63,486 bases of DNA, filler included, from Octopus bimaculoides (GCF_001194135.2; 6 parts of 5 records of this genome joined end to end with filler, not necessarily neighbours in it), one strand, 5' to 3'. Shown: positions 51,141-62,800, counted from the first letter of the whole stretch. Program-made: numbers and translations. The notes: generated by a model not told the origin, from the letters alone.

Positions 51141-51659
51141 TCAGCATCTTCAACATCAATAACAGCAGCAGCAGCAATAATTATCATCATTTTTATAATT
51201 GTAGTAGTTTTGTCGATACTGCAAAGATCAGCAAAATAATTCAAATGAATTTGTTTCGTTTTTTTCTCTTCTGTAACATTTCAGATTGTTAGATAGAAAA
51301 CTACTCTTTCTTATTTGATTCACTAATCAGGTTAATCAATTCATCACTTTCGAAACAATTCCAATCTTTTTGGTCATATTTTTTATACTAACTTTCATTT
51401 TGTATGAATTATATTTGTCAATAACTTCTTCTTTTTTTTTTGTTTGCTACTTCCGTTAATAAAATCTAAAATTGAAACAGCATTTTATGGTATGAAAGAT
51501 AGTTTTTTAATAAAAGTATGAATGACAATACCTTGTAATATAATCACAAGGTTAGACATTTTATGTGGGGAAACAAGTCAATTAATTGACCCCAGTAGTA
51601 CACATACTCTTATCTCATGACATTTTTTCGTGTTGTTATTACTTCGTAGTTGTTTTTTT

Positions 51660-51870
51660 TTCTCCGCAGTTACTATATTCAGCTTCATTATATGGTAATT
51701 TCCAATGGGAAGGCTTTGGTCTTGTGCCACAATCAAATTTCTTTCGTCCTCTACATCGGGTCTAGCACTTCTCGACCAGTGTTGGGGTTTTCACTGTCTA
51801 CTTACACTTTGTTCAACCTTACGTATTGTCCACATTGTGGGTTTCCTTGGCGTTACTTTGTTGTGGCACA
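51660..51870 (-). pseudogene. R4/Dong-clade LINE fragment
   Basis: GQY...VD...HW.RSA..DVEDERNLIVAQDQSLPIGNY, matching the R4/Dong HGQY..WL...ETEG.I.AAQDQSL.TRNY motif. Confidence 0.65.
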
Positions 51871-52559
51871 TTTTAGTTTTGTCACAATATCTGTTGTTAT
51901 TTTCTTTTTATAAATATGTCATTTTAGACTGTTTTGTATTTGAGTGCTTACTTGAAAGCAGAAACAGAAAGGGATCGTTACTTGAAATTAGTGATAAAGT
52001 CCCCCAGGGCAAAAACGTAATAGAACATGAAGAAATTTAAAAGAACATTTCCATACACAAATTATTTGGAAACCCCATCTAAGAATGATCAGGGCATCTT
52101 GATACAAATTACCATTTTCGTTGTACTTTTGTTTAAGCTGTTGTTGTTTGCTGTTTTTGTTAATGTTCTTGAATGTCAAATTGTTGTTCGTGGTTGTGTG
52201 TCCATTTGTTTTATTCATTACCATTTTCTCCTGTTCATCTGTTATTATTCTTCCGCCTACACGAAAATTATTTTGCTTCAGGAGATGCACATCAAGTGCC
52301 ACATCCTTTCTGACGAGCCCCTCTTTCTGTTCTTTTAAAAGGTGAATTTGATGTAATTTTCATAAGAAAATTATTTCAAAAATATGTCTAAACAACTTTC
52401 CTTTTATCTACCCTGTAATTTTCTGGAGTGGTTCGTTTTCATCAATAAACGAAGCAGCGATTTACATTAAGGAAAATTGTACCTACTGATGCCTAATTTA
52501 CCTCTGGAAACATGGGTGTTTCGTTCAACATCCTTAAGCATGCACTGTTCTCTCACTCA

Positions 52560-52586
52560 ATAATAATAATAATAATAATAATAATA

Positions 52587-52646
<60 letters not shown>

Positions 52647-52790
52647 TTATGTTTGACTTTTGCTTTGCATTTGTACAAATTGGATCCAAGTCTCACCCAG
52701 AGACCTCAAGAGACAAGTTAGAAGTTCATGTAGGTGTTATGCCTAGGGTACCATATATTTGAATTTGTAAAGTGTTGTTCTAGATTATTA
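52560..52790 (-). mobile_element. Probable R4/Dong 3' UTR ending in (AAT)n, abutting an oppositely oriented (AAT)n tract
   Basis: (AAT)n switches to (ATT)n at ~52587. Minus-strand gaggtctctgggtgagacttgg...gcaaaagtcaaacat leads into the tail. Family call is from memory. Confidence 0.45.
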
Positions 52791-53130
52791 TTNNNNNNNN
52801 NNNNNNNNNNNNNNNNNNNNNNNNNNNNNNNNNNNNNNNNNNNNNNNNNNNNNNNNNNNNNNNNNNNNNNNNNNNNNNNNNNNNNNNNNNNNNNNNNNNN
52901 NNNNNNNNNNNNNNNNNNNNNNNNNNNNNNNNNNNNNNNNNNNNNNNNNNNNNNNNNNNNNNNNNNNNNNNNNNNNNNNNNNNNNNNNNNNNNNNNNNNN
53001 NNNNNNNNNNNNNNNNNNNNNNNNNNNNNNNNNNNNNNNNNNNNNNNNNNNNNNNNNNNNNNNNNNNNNNNNNNNNNNNNNNNNNNNNNNNNNNNNNNNN
53101 NNNNNNNNNNNNNNNNNNNNNNNNNNNNNN

Positions 53131-53244
53131 NAAGAAGAAGAAGAAGAAGAAGAAGAAGAAGAAGAAGAAGAAGAAGAAGAAGAAGAAGAAGAAGAAGAAG
53201 AAGAAGAAGAAGAAGAAGAAGAAGAAGAAGAAGAAGAAGAAGAA
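53131..53244. repeat. (AAG)n microsatellite
   Basis: Direct reading; source of the poly-R/poly-S ORFs. Confidence 0.98.
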
Positions 53245-53269
53245 GCTGCTGTATATTGATAGTGAGCTA

Positions 53270-53640
53270 CTAAATGACGAACGAGTACAAAAATTTGCTG
53301 GAAGACTGCAAGAAGGTTTACCACAACGTTAATGTTCCACACTTCTTGCTCTGGGAGTGCCTGAAGATGCTCGGTGTCAATGAGAAGATAAACAGCTTTT
53401 TTGAGATTGTAGGATGTAGAACGAACATACGCAAATAAATTGTTAGGAAACGTTAATATACGCAGGGTGATATTACAGAGAAACTCGCTCTCTCCATTAC
53501 TCTTCATAATTGAGTTATTCCTTCTGACAAGTTAACTGAGAAAATCCAAGCCAACCTATCTGTTTACCAAAGCCAAGAAGAAAATAATTTATATAGATGA
53601 CCTCAAACAGTATGCAAAAGGTGAAAAAGCTCAGAATACT
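53270..53640 (+). pseudogene. R4/Dong-type reverse transcriptase fragment
   Basis: VPH..LWECLKMLGVNEKI, LGNVNIRRVILQRNSLSPLLFII (cf. IRRGIFQGDSLSPLLF) and YIDDLKQYAK. Confidence 0.85.
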
Positions 53641-53816
53641 CTTTACCTTCGGGTGGAGTAACATCAATACTTAAATATTACCAAAATGTAGTAGGTTGAG
53701 ATGATTATTTTGAACTTGTGGAAGACACACGAAGTGTCGAAATATTGTTCATTCGATAACAGTCGCACTCTTCTTATTGTTTGTTTACCTTCGGGAGGAG
53801 TAACATCAATCCTTAA

Positions 53817-54143
53817 ATATTATTATTATTATTATTATTATTGTTCAGTAGTTTTATTTTTATAACGTGCTTTCACTTCACTACCGAGCGCAGCTCTGTG
53901 CGCCTTGGGTATGTGCTGTGGTTTGTTGTGGTGCTCTTATGGTTACTGTATTGAAAGTGTTTTGCGTAGGATGTGTACAGTGCCCAGTAGTGCAATTTTC
54001 TGTATGTTATATATATTTGTAAGTTCTGGTGTTTTTGTTATGTATTGGCATATACCAGAGTATGGTTGCTTTCTCGTTTTCTGTGACCTTTTATGGCGTG
54101 TGTTTATACCATCTTTTTTCTGTTGTTATTCCATAGTGTTGGC
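53817..54143 (-). mobile_element. R4/Dong LINE 3' end with (AAT)n tail
   Basis: HYGITTEKRWYKHTP*KVTENEKATILWYMPI, then IQKIALLGTVHILRKTLSIQ*, short UTR and (AAT)n. Confidence 0.88.
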
Positions 54144-54284
54144 NNNNNNNNNNNNNNNNNNNNNNNNNNNNNNNNNNNNNNNNNNNNTTAATTAATTAAN
54201 NNNNNNNNNNNNNNNNNNNNNNNNNNNNNNNNNNNNNNNNNNNTATATGTATGTATGTATGTATGTATGTATATATATGTATAT

Positions 54285-54470
54285 ACCATCACTTGACAAC
54301 CGGTATTGGTGAATTTACATCCCTGTAACTTGGCAGTAAAAACAAAAGAGACCGATTGAATAAGTACCAGGCTTTAAAAAGTACTGGAGTCGTTTCATTT
54401 GATTAATCATTCTTCAAGGTGGTGCTCCAGCATGGCCGCAATCTAATGACTGAAACAAGCCAAGGATAAA
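54285..54470 (+). mobile_element. SINE family C, 3' part
   Basis: cacttgacaaccggtattggtg..tttacatccctgtaactt...gagaccgat..aataagtacc...ggtgctccagcatggccgca..aatgactgaaacaag. Confidence 0.8.
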
Positions 54471-56041
54471 CGAATACACCTTGCGAAGTTAGTTCCTACA
54501 TTTTGCGCATTCAATTCAAATATTGTTGGGGTCAGCTTTGTCTTTCATCCTTTAGATGTGTAGAAACACAAATTGGCAGGGTAGTGGAAAGACAAATTGT
54601 TAAGAGCAGTGAAAGCACAAGCAAATTCTGAGGGGCCGTGGAAACAAATAAATTCTTAAGGACAGTGGAAACAGAAATTCTTAAGGACTGTCAGAACATA
54701 ACTCATAAGGATGGGTTTTAACGAGACGATGACTTAATGCCAATGTCCAAGTCTTTCTATTCACATATTTTCATGCAACAACTCAGATTAATTACATTTC
54801 ATTCGGGGTTGTTTTGTATTAGTCTTCGCATCCCAGATACCCCGCCCTTGTTTTTCATTAACAGGGTTGTCTTTCCAGTTTCAGACACTCATTATAGATA
54901 ACATTGTTGTTACTTAATGGAGAACTCAAGAATTTAGTTTTGGCGCGTGGAACATTAAAAAACAGTCTCGTATCAAATAACTTCATAGTGAGATCACTAA
55001 AAACATTTCTACAGAATCGAAAGGAACATTCTTTGTTTCCCCTCCATCCCCTTTCTTATTCTTCATTCTTCAATTTTTGGTTTATAGTAACAACGGGTCA
55101 CTTTGACACCGATAATTAGAAGCTCCGTTTCGGTTCGTAAGGACGTAAATCTATCCAAAACGGACTTAAATTTAAAAAGTATTTTTTAATGAAACGCAAA
55201 CATACTAACCCCCCCACACACACACACACATATATATTCACATATACACATGAACTTACACATTTAATTACGCGACGTTATTAAGTATTCTGCGAATATT
55301 ATAGAGTGCCGGAACGGGAGGGGTAAAGAGGTTGAGGGAGTTCTCGATGGTTTCTTAATCAATTCTCTTTTAAACTGTGTTCTTAACAAAATACGATAAA
55401 AGAAAAAGAGACGTAGAAAGGCAAGGACTGTAATAGTTGTTGGATTATAGGATTAACTGGATTAAGTTTCGTCTTTTGCATTCTGCGCTGAAATCCCCTT
55501 GGTATTGGCTTTGACTTATGATCCAATAAAACATACAGTTTTATATATGTGTGTGTGTGTGCAAACATGCATATATATACATACATGTATATATATATAT
55601 GTATATATGTATGTATGTATGTATTTATATGTGTGTGTGTGTGTGTACAAACATATATACACATACATGTATATATACACACACACACATATATGTAAAT
55701 ATATGTATCTGCATATTTGTGTATATATATGCGTGTGTTTGTGTGCACGTGTGCGTGCGTGTGTGTATATCTATATCTATATCTATATCTATCTATCTAT
55801 CTATATATATATATATATATATATATNNNNNNNNNNNNNNNNNNNNNNNNNNNNNNNNNNNNNNNNNNNNTTAATTAATTAANNNNNNNNNNNNNNNNNN
55901 NNNNNNNNNNNNNNNNNNNNNNNNNNTAGCAAAGCAAAAACATACGGGTGAGACTAGTGAAAATTACAGAAATAAATACAAAGTTTAAACTATTTGGTGA
56001 TCTTCTTCTAGCACATTAGCAATCCACTTAGTGGTCTCTTT

Positions 56042-56077
<36 letters not shown>

Positions 56078-56081
<4 letters not shown>

Positions 56082-56175
56082 CGTGGCCGTTGCCAGTACC
56101 GCTTGACTGGCCTTCGTGCCGGTGGCACGTAAAAGCACTCACTACACTCTTGGAGTGGCTGGCGTTAGGAAGGGG
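56078..56175 (+). mobile_element. Fragment of an RTE-related SINE/LINE 3' tail
   Basis: tgagcgtggccgttgccagtaccgc.tgactggcc.tcgtgccggtggcacgtaaaagcac...ggcgttaggaaggg; family call from memory. Confidence 0.55.
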
Positions 56176-56900
56176 TCTGCTGTCTGAAATGCTGGTATGG
56201 CTGTTTCTTATTCTATAAGCCTTAGAACATATCCTTATGCAATCTATTTCTAGCATAGTAAATGTCCACGTAGAGGATGTGTTATTGTTGGTTTTGTTTA
56301 AAAGAAAGAGAAAATATTTTCCCTACCGAATAACCATGTAATCATAATCTGCATCATCTCAAAGTTATTCGTAGAAAATTTTATGAAAGTATATTCCTTC
56401 TTTTCGAAAGTAACAAGGAAGCGCAGTCGATGGGGCACGATTGTGTAGTTATGTTGCATATATTTCATCATAGGTATATCTGGCGTGAAGAGTAGATTCC
56501 AAAGACACCTGAAATGGTTTGAGAGGGCTATCTGTAAATATTGTCTGTAAATTTAATATTTACAGATTATGTACACAAAAAAAAAATATGTTAATTTTTG
56601 CCATAAGGACGAAGATACGAAACGATTTGCTTTGGTTCGAGACTAACGCGGGAAACCAGCCATGTGCTTACGTAACGTAGATATTTAGTAAACAAGTTGA
56701 CAACTCTTCTTTGATCATTCAATCAAACGGTGCCAAGAAATAAAGTGAGGGTAGGAACAGTGAAACATGTGCTGACGGGAGACAGGTTTATATGGTTTGT
56801 CAAGCCTTCAGTTACATAACAGCTTGCAGTAAGTATTTCGCTGGTTAAATCTGTTTTTGTAGCCCAAGTGAGATCTTATACGTATATATATATATGTGTA

Positions 56901-57018
56901 CAGGGTGTCCACAAGGTCTGGGTACATGGAGTAGATAAGATCATAACATAAACAATTAAATAATAATTTCTTAAAGTATGTGTTGATCCCCATGTACCCA
57001 GACTTTGTGGACACCCTG
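56901..57018. mobile_element. 118-bp Tc1/mariner-type MITE
   Basis: TA-cagggtgtccacaaggtctgggtacatgg ... ccatgtacccagactttgtggacaccctg-TA; ~29-bp TIR with 1 mismatch. Confidence 0.9.
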
Positions 57019-58083
57019 TATATACTTTCTCAGATGCAGCACGGAATTTTGTCAAAGCGACGAGAATATTTTGACAAATTAAATTTTAAATGTTGAATCT
57101 AACGGTTTGTGTTTCTAAATTGCTTATAAACACCTTCCATGCTGCAATTATATATATAAACGGCAGAAGTTACAAAGTGATATAAGATCCTCGATGTTGA
57201 TGTGTTCCTGGAGTCAATCAGTAACTTCTGCCGATTATTAAAATAAATATATATACTCATGTTTCTGAATTTTGTTTTCCCGTCTGTGTTACCAAACACA
57301 TACACACGCCTGTATATATATAATGTTGAAGTAGTAGTATTACACACACACACTCTATTAGATTGCTTTGTTTTGGAGAAGAAGCGTATTCACAAACAAA
57401 GAGTGAAAAGGCCGATCTTTGGTAAAGATCGCCGAAGACACTTTTTACGGAATAGATCGCCTATAAGGAAGCAAACTTTATGAGTTTGCAAACTGATATA
57501 TATGTACTACTACTGGTACACACGAATACTTTCGTGGCAAATTATTTGAATCTGAGATCGTGTTGAAACTGTGTTCGTGTGTGTGTGCATGTAATGAAAT
57601 GCTCCAGCGTGACCCCAGTTTTGGCAGAAACCAAAAAAAAGATATGGTTAATGTTTATTAAAACCAAAGATCGCCCTATATATATATATACACACACTAT
57701 ATAATTTACATCTATTATATAACGATCATTGTGGGGACAAGATTCGGATGTCCATCTATCTATCAACACACGTGTGTTTTATGGTAGATCGTCCGTCAAT
57801 TTCGACGATGACGCGTTCGTAATTCTCAGTCGATTCACCGTGACACTATTTTCGATGAGGCTGGTCTTTGAATTAAAGTTCCAAAAATCCCACGTGTTTC
57901 CACGACTAAATACAAGACTACCATATATATATATATTGTGTGTGTGTGTGTGTTGAGATCTCGATTATTTTTGTTTTGCCAAAATAGGAAATTGTGTTGT
58001 CGATGACTGTGGAATAAGAAACAAAAAACCCTGTAAAAGATACCCCTACCAATTCATAATTTTTAATGAAATGGTAATCAGAG

Positions 58084-58181
58084 GGCGAAGGTAAAGAATA
58101 CGCACACCCGGGGTTTAGGGCTAGGATCAGGGGTTATGGTTACGCCGAAAACGGGTGGTGTGTGTATTCTTTACCTTGGCC
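58084..58181. mobile_element. ~98-bp mini TIR element with a TTAGGG-like core
   Basis: ggcgaaggtaaagaatacgcacacc / ggtgtgtgtattctttaccttggcc flank ggggtttagggctaggatcaggggttatggttacg; no clear TSD. Confidence 0.6.
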
Positions 58182-58580
58182 GATCTTCTGTTCAGCTTCC
58201 TCCCAGAGATTCTTACTAACCCATCAGTATTAAGCTTTCGGCTTGGACCAAATAGTTCTGTTCGATAATTGTCCATGATTTTGCTGTTCCATCGTATAAA
58301 AAAGATCTACCTTTTTATTATTATCATCTGTAAATCACATATACGATGTTGATGTTGGTCGCACATTTGGCCCTAAAAAAATATTTCCCATGCTATACAT
58401 TAAGTATATATCCTGCGTTTGTTTAAATTTTCTATTGCTACGAATTATTATTGTTGTGATGGGAAGAAGAAAGATCAGATTTACGAAAGTAAAACCGGTG
58501 TATTATATACCACAAGAAGGTTTATGATTTGTACTATACTCTTTCTGATTATAACCACCGAACATTTCAAAATATATATA

Positions 58581-58883
58581 TACTATAGCCTCGGGCCGAC
58601 CAAAGCCTTGTGAGTAGATTTGGTAGACGGAAACTGAAAGAAGCCCGTATATATGTATATATGTTTGTGTGTCTGGGTTTGTCCCCCCACCACCACCATC
58701 GCTTGACAACCGATGGTGGTGTGTTTACGTCTCCGTAACTTAGCGGTTCGGCATAAAAGACCGATGGAATAAGTACTAGGCATCTAAAGAATAAGTCCTG
58801 GGGGTCGATTTGCTCGAGACTAAAGGCGGTGCTCCAGCATGGCCGCAGTCAAATGACTGAAACGAGTAAAAGAGAGTAAAGAG
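58581..58883 (+). mobile_element. SINE family C, 5'-truncated, low apparent divergence
   Basis: tactatagcctcgggccgaccaaagccttgtgagt...ggcggtgctccagcatggccgcagtcaaatgactgaaacgagtaaaagagagtaaagag. Confidence 0.9.
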
Positions 58884-59164
58884 TATATGTGGTAAACGCA
58901 GCGTGACCCAATGTAAAGAGCAGGTGTCGGGATGGGGGACCCAGAGGAGAAAGGCAGATAGAGGGGAAGGAAAAGGGGATGCGTGTGTATAGGGATGAGA
59001 AAAGTGCAGAGGGTGGAGGAAAAGTGGAAATGAAGTTACATGATTAAATAGGCAATAAATGGGAACAACAGCGAATAACTAGAAAGAGAAATAGAAGAAG
59101 GAAGAGGGAAAAAAGAATAGAAAGAAAAAAAAACATAACAAAAGAAACAGATAGCGTCTGGGAA

Positions 59165-59518
59165 GTTGTTGTTGTTGGCACTCCGTTGCTCATGACGTCG
59201 AGGGTTCCAGTTGATCCGATCAACGGAACAGCCTGCTCGTGAAATTAATGTGCAAGTGGTGGTTGAGCACTCCACAGACACGTGTACCCTTAACGTAGTT
59301 CTCGGTGGGGATATTCAGCGTGACACAGAGTGTGTGACAAGGCTGACCCTTTGAATTACAGGCACAGCAGAAACAGGAAGTAAGAGTGAGAGAAAGTTGT
59401 GGTGGAAGAATACAGCAGGGTTCACCACCATCCCCTACCGGAGCCTCGTGAAGCTTTTAGGTGTTTTCGCTCAATAAACACTCACAACGACCGGTCTGGG
59501 AATCAAAACCGCGATCCT
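59165..59518 (-). mobile_element. SINE family A lacking the first ~45 nt of the head
   Basis: (TTG)n tail at 59165; body identical in layout to other copies; stops at gcgatcct. Confidence 0.92.
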
Positions 59519-59535
59519 GCTTTCTTAGTCGTATC

Positions 59536-59957
59536 TGTAGGGAAGTGGTTATACACCATTTGGTGTACACCGCTTCCGTACATTAAATTTCTAGAAGAAA
59601 CAACGGAACGCAGATTCTGAACAACATAACAATATTTATTTACAGTGGAATTCAGTTCACGCTTGGAGGGAATTCGGTAGCTCGTCGCCCTCGGTTAGTG
59701 AGACGCCTTCTGAATGATTTCCGTGGTTATTTGTGAAGCTCTGGTGCTGACATGTGAGAGAGCTCTGTTGGACGTCTTGGCTCGACGGAGATCAGTCAAT
59801 GAAGAGACTGAGAAAAGGCGCCAAAGCTGGGTGTTGAACTCCATGCATGCGCATGAGACTCTTCCTGTATTCCTTCCGGAACTAGTCCCTGCGCATGCGT
59901 GGATAAAACTCCGGACATTGAACATATAACAGTCGTCTGCTATAAGTTGTCACTACA
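59536..59957 (-). mobile_element. Solo LTR (Ty3/Gypsy), 422 bp, TSD TATC
   Basis: TGTAG...CTACA termini; TATC at 59532-59535 and 59958-59961; minus-strand AATAAA near 59640; homologous to 62422-62800. Confidence 0.9.
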
Positions 59958-60596
59958 TATCTAATAACTTCCTTCTGTTGGTACCTTTCAATGCTGGCAA
60001 TGTTTTTCTTTCTTCTTTACTCATTGCTTTCTACAACTCATCTAAAATTTTCTGATCTTCCTCACTTAAATCACTTATTATTATTATTATTGAGCGACAG
60101 AGCAATGCATGCCATCAAAGTGACACTGGGGTATAAATATACAAAGCCCAGTATACCCATCATGACTACCCGTCTGATAAGGGTACACCAGGCACATGCA
60201 TCACAACCATATGTGCACAACATGGTGATCTCATATCAAGATAAACAGCGCATGACCTCGCAGGTGGGGCCCAGTTAGAATTTTTTCAGGTCAAGTAGTC
60301 CATCCCGCTCAAAAGGTCCCTGAATAAGGTATGTTTAAGGATGTTGAGCAAAACACCCATATTTCCAAAGGTGAATTATTAAAACCCCAAAGAAGTCCTC
60401 TCAACACATGGCTATAATGCTCCCCCACTATTTCTACTCGTGATCAGAGATGCACATATCGTCAGCCACAAAGGGACATGCTCAACTGGTTAAGGTCAAA
60501 CAACTGACAAGCAAATCTGTGGTATTAAGCAGAATATTTGCTGTAACCCATCTTTTATACCAAGACAAAACAATGTACATGATAACACTCCCAATC

Positions 60597-60633
<37 letters not shown>

Positions 60634-62407
60634 TATTTATTTATTTCTATCCAACATTTCAGATGAGTGCAAAACAGTCAAAAGCAGTGAAAACCGGCAG
60701 CAAAAGTTCAACAGCCGAGGAAGTTAAAACAGATATACCGAGCTCNNNNNNNNNNNNNNNNNNNNNNNNNNNNNNNNNNNNNNNNNNNNTTAATTAATTA
60801 ANNNNNNNNNNNNNNNNNNNNNNNNNNNNNNNNNNNNNNNNNNNNCGTGAGTGGAAACATCCACTCTAACAGGGTCGAGATAAAACCGCGCTTGCTTGTG
60901 TACTTGGAGAAATCATGTTGACGGTGGTGTGTGTGGTGGTAATGATGTTGACAGTGGTGTGTGCGGTGTTTGAAAAAACGGGCACGTCGTACACGGAAGT
61001 TGAGGATTTGTCAAGGTACGTTTTTTCAGACGGTCGACAGACACAATCTCTGTACGACCATTAGCGTCGACCTTGAAGAAATTCAACCCAAGACTGCAGG
61101 TTGGTCGAGGCGCGTAAGGCACAGCTGCGCGAACCAGATCAATCTTGGTAAAGATTGTGGAACCATGTGTGCATAGGAGAGAGAGAGAGAGAGAGAAAAA
61201 AATGTTCGTAAAAACAAAAAACAATGATGGTTGCTTTTTTTTTTTCTGTTTGTGTGAGTGTGACATATAAACACAATAATAGGCAGGCCGTCATGTAAAC
61301 AAAGTGTATATGTATACAAACATGGATGCATGTGTGTGCAAGTAATACAGAGCATAGAAAAGAGTCTATAAGGGCGTTCGAAGAAAGTCCAGTCACAAGG
61401 ATAGTAAATACCAGTTCGTAGTTAAGGTACACAGTAGTTGAGGTGCTGTAACAAGAAGTCGTGGTGTTGAGGGCAGAGCCGTAGTAAGACACATGTCGTG
61501 TAGGAAGTTGAGGCTTCAATGCTGTGCCGGTTACTTGATACAGGAGTTCCCGCAGGTTGAATTCGCTGTTAACCATGGTGAAATAATTCACAAACAGTGT
61601 TGAGATAGAACCTGTGCGAGTGCTGTTGGTTGCTGTGTACGTAGCAAGAAGTTAGTGTTGACCCTAAGAAGCTGGAGGTGATGAAGATGGAGGTCCGTAA
61701 GCTTCTGAACGAAGAGTTGGGTCTCCATGAGGCTATTGTTGTGTCGTTGCTGGAACTGGCTGTGCTCTGTGGTCGGCGGCTAGACCTCAGAAGGTGTTGC
61801 TTAAAAATGCTGTCATGAATTCGGAGTGAAATGTAACTGTGCAATTTTACTGCTATTTTCAGCAAGTAGAGGATGCTGTGTAAGAATGAATTGACGTCTC
61901 GTGAAACATGTAGGAAACTGCTCAAAAAGTTGTTAGGATGAAATAACCGTGAAGTTTTTTGTGTGAAAAACCACAAAGGTCTCAGCCGTAAAGAAGTCTT
62001 TGGTTATAGGCTCTGGAAGTCATTGACCAAATGAAAAACTTTAACGTAGGAAAATTTACTTAGCTTTTCACTTGTGATGGATGAGAATATAGAGGTAATC
62101 CTGAAGTTGAACGTCGCGAAACATACGAATTCAATGGCTGTTGAAACGAGGTCTGTAGATCATTTAGCTCGGGGTACCAATTGTAGTATTATTGGCTGGC
62201 AGATCAGAATTTCCGGCTGCAGTTGTTCTTTATTCGGGGTCATCAATTGTAGGGAAGTACCGTGTGATGACCAAGAGAAAGTCCTGCAGCTGTGGAATAA
62301 GCTGATGCGAGTGATTGTGTGCATTCTCTATCTGTGACGAGCATGTTGACGGCTCGTGTAGTATTGTCGGACGGTAGTTCAGATTTTCGGCTGCATTTGT
62401 TCTTTAT

Positions 62408-62419
62408 TCGGGGTCACCA
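62408..62419 (-). promoter_or_regulatory. Primer binding site complementary to the tRNA-Trp 3' end
   Basis: TGGTGACCCCGA 2 nt after the LTR end CTACA; eukaryotic tRNA-Trp ends ...GGGGUCACCA. Confidence 0.85.
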
Positions 62420-62421
62420 AT

Positions 62422-62800
62422 TGTAGGTAAGTGGTTATACACCATTAGGTGTATACCGCTTCCATACATTAAATTTCTTGACGAAACAACGGAACGCAGA
62501 TTCTGAACTATCAACACAACAATATTTATTTACAGAGGAATGCGGCAGCACTTCGCCCTTTGGTTACTGAAACGCCGTCAATGATGTTGCGTGGGTATTT
62601 GTCTAGCTCCAGAGTTGGAATGTTGGAGAGAGCTGCTTGACGACGTCCAGGGTGAAAGAGAATGAAAAGAGGCGCGAAACTTGGATATCGATGACTACGC
62701 ATGCGCATGAGACTCTTCCTGTATTCCTACCGGAACTAGTCCCTGCGCATGCGTGGATAAGCTTTCCGGAAATGTCGTCTGCTATTAAGGTGTCACTACA
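62422..62800 (-). repeat. 5' LTR of the Gypsy element (379 bp)
   Basis: TGTAG...CTACA termini, followed by the PBS on the minus strand; homologous to the solo LTR. Confidence 0.9.

Larger units (their letters stand above)
60846..62800 (-). mobile_element. Internally deleted Ty3/Gypsy LTR retrotransposon (5' LTR, PBS, gag, protease, RT/IN remnant; 3' end in gap)
   Basis: Gag-like F...F..ITSEKLSKFSYV; degraded protease-like segment at 61360-61540; GSTIFTKIDLVRA (RT) fused to FFKVDANGRTEIVSVDRLK (IN C-terminus). Confidence 0.85.

Noticed and set aside
51988-52302. 104-aa minus-strand ORF (MALDVHLLKQNNF...)
   Set aside because: No recognisable motif; lies among decayed R4/Dong pieces and is likely part of them.
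59536-62800. Single full-length LTR retrotransposon bounded by the two LTRs
   Set aside because: Outer flanks do not match (TATC vs AGCC), the left LTR has its own TSD and no PPT, and the LTRs are too divergent in the middle.
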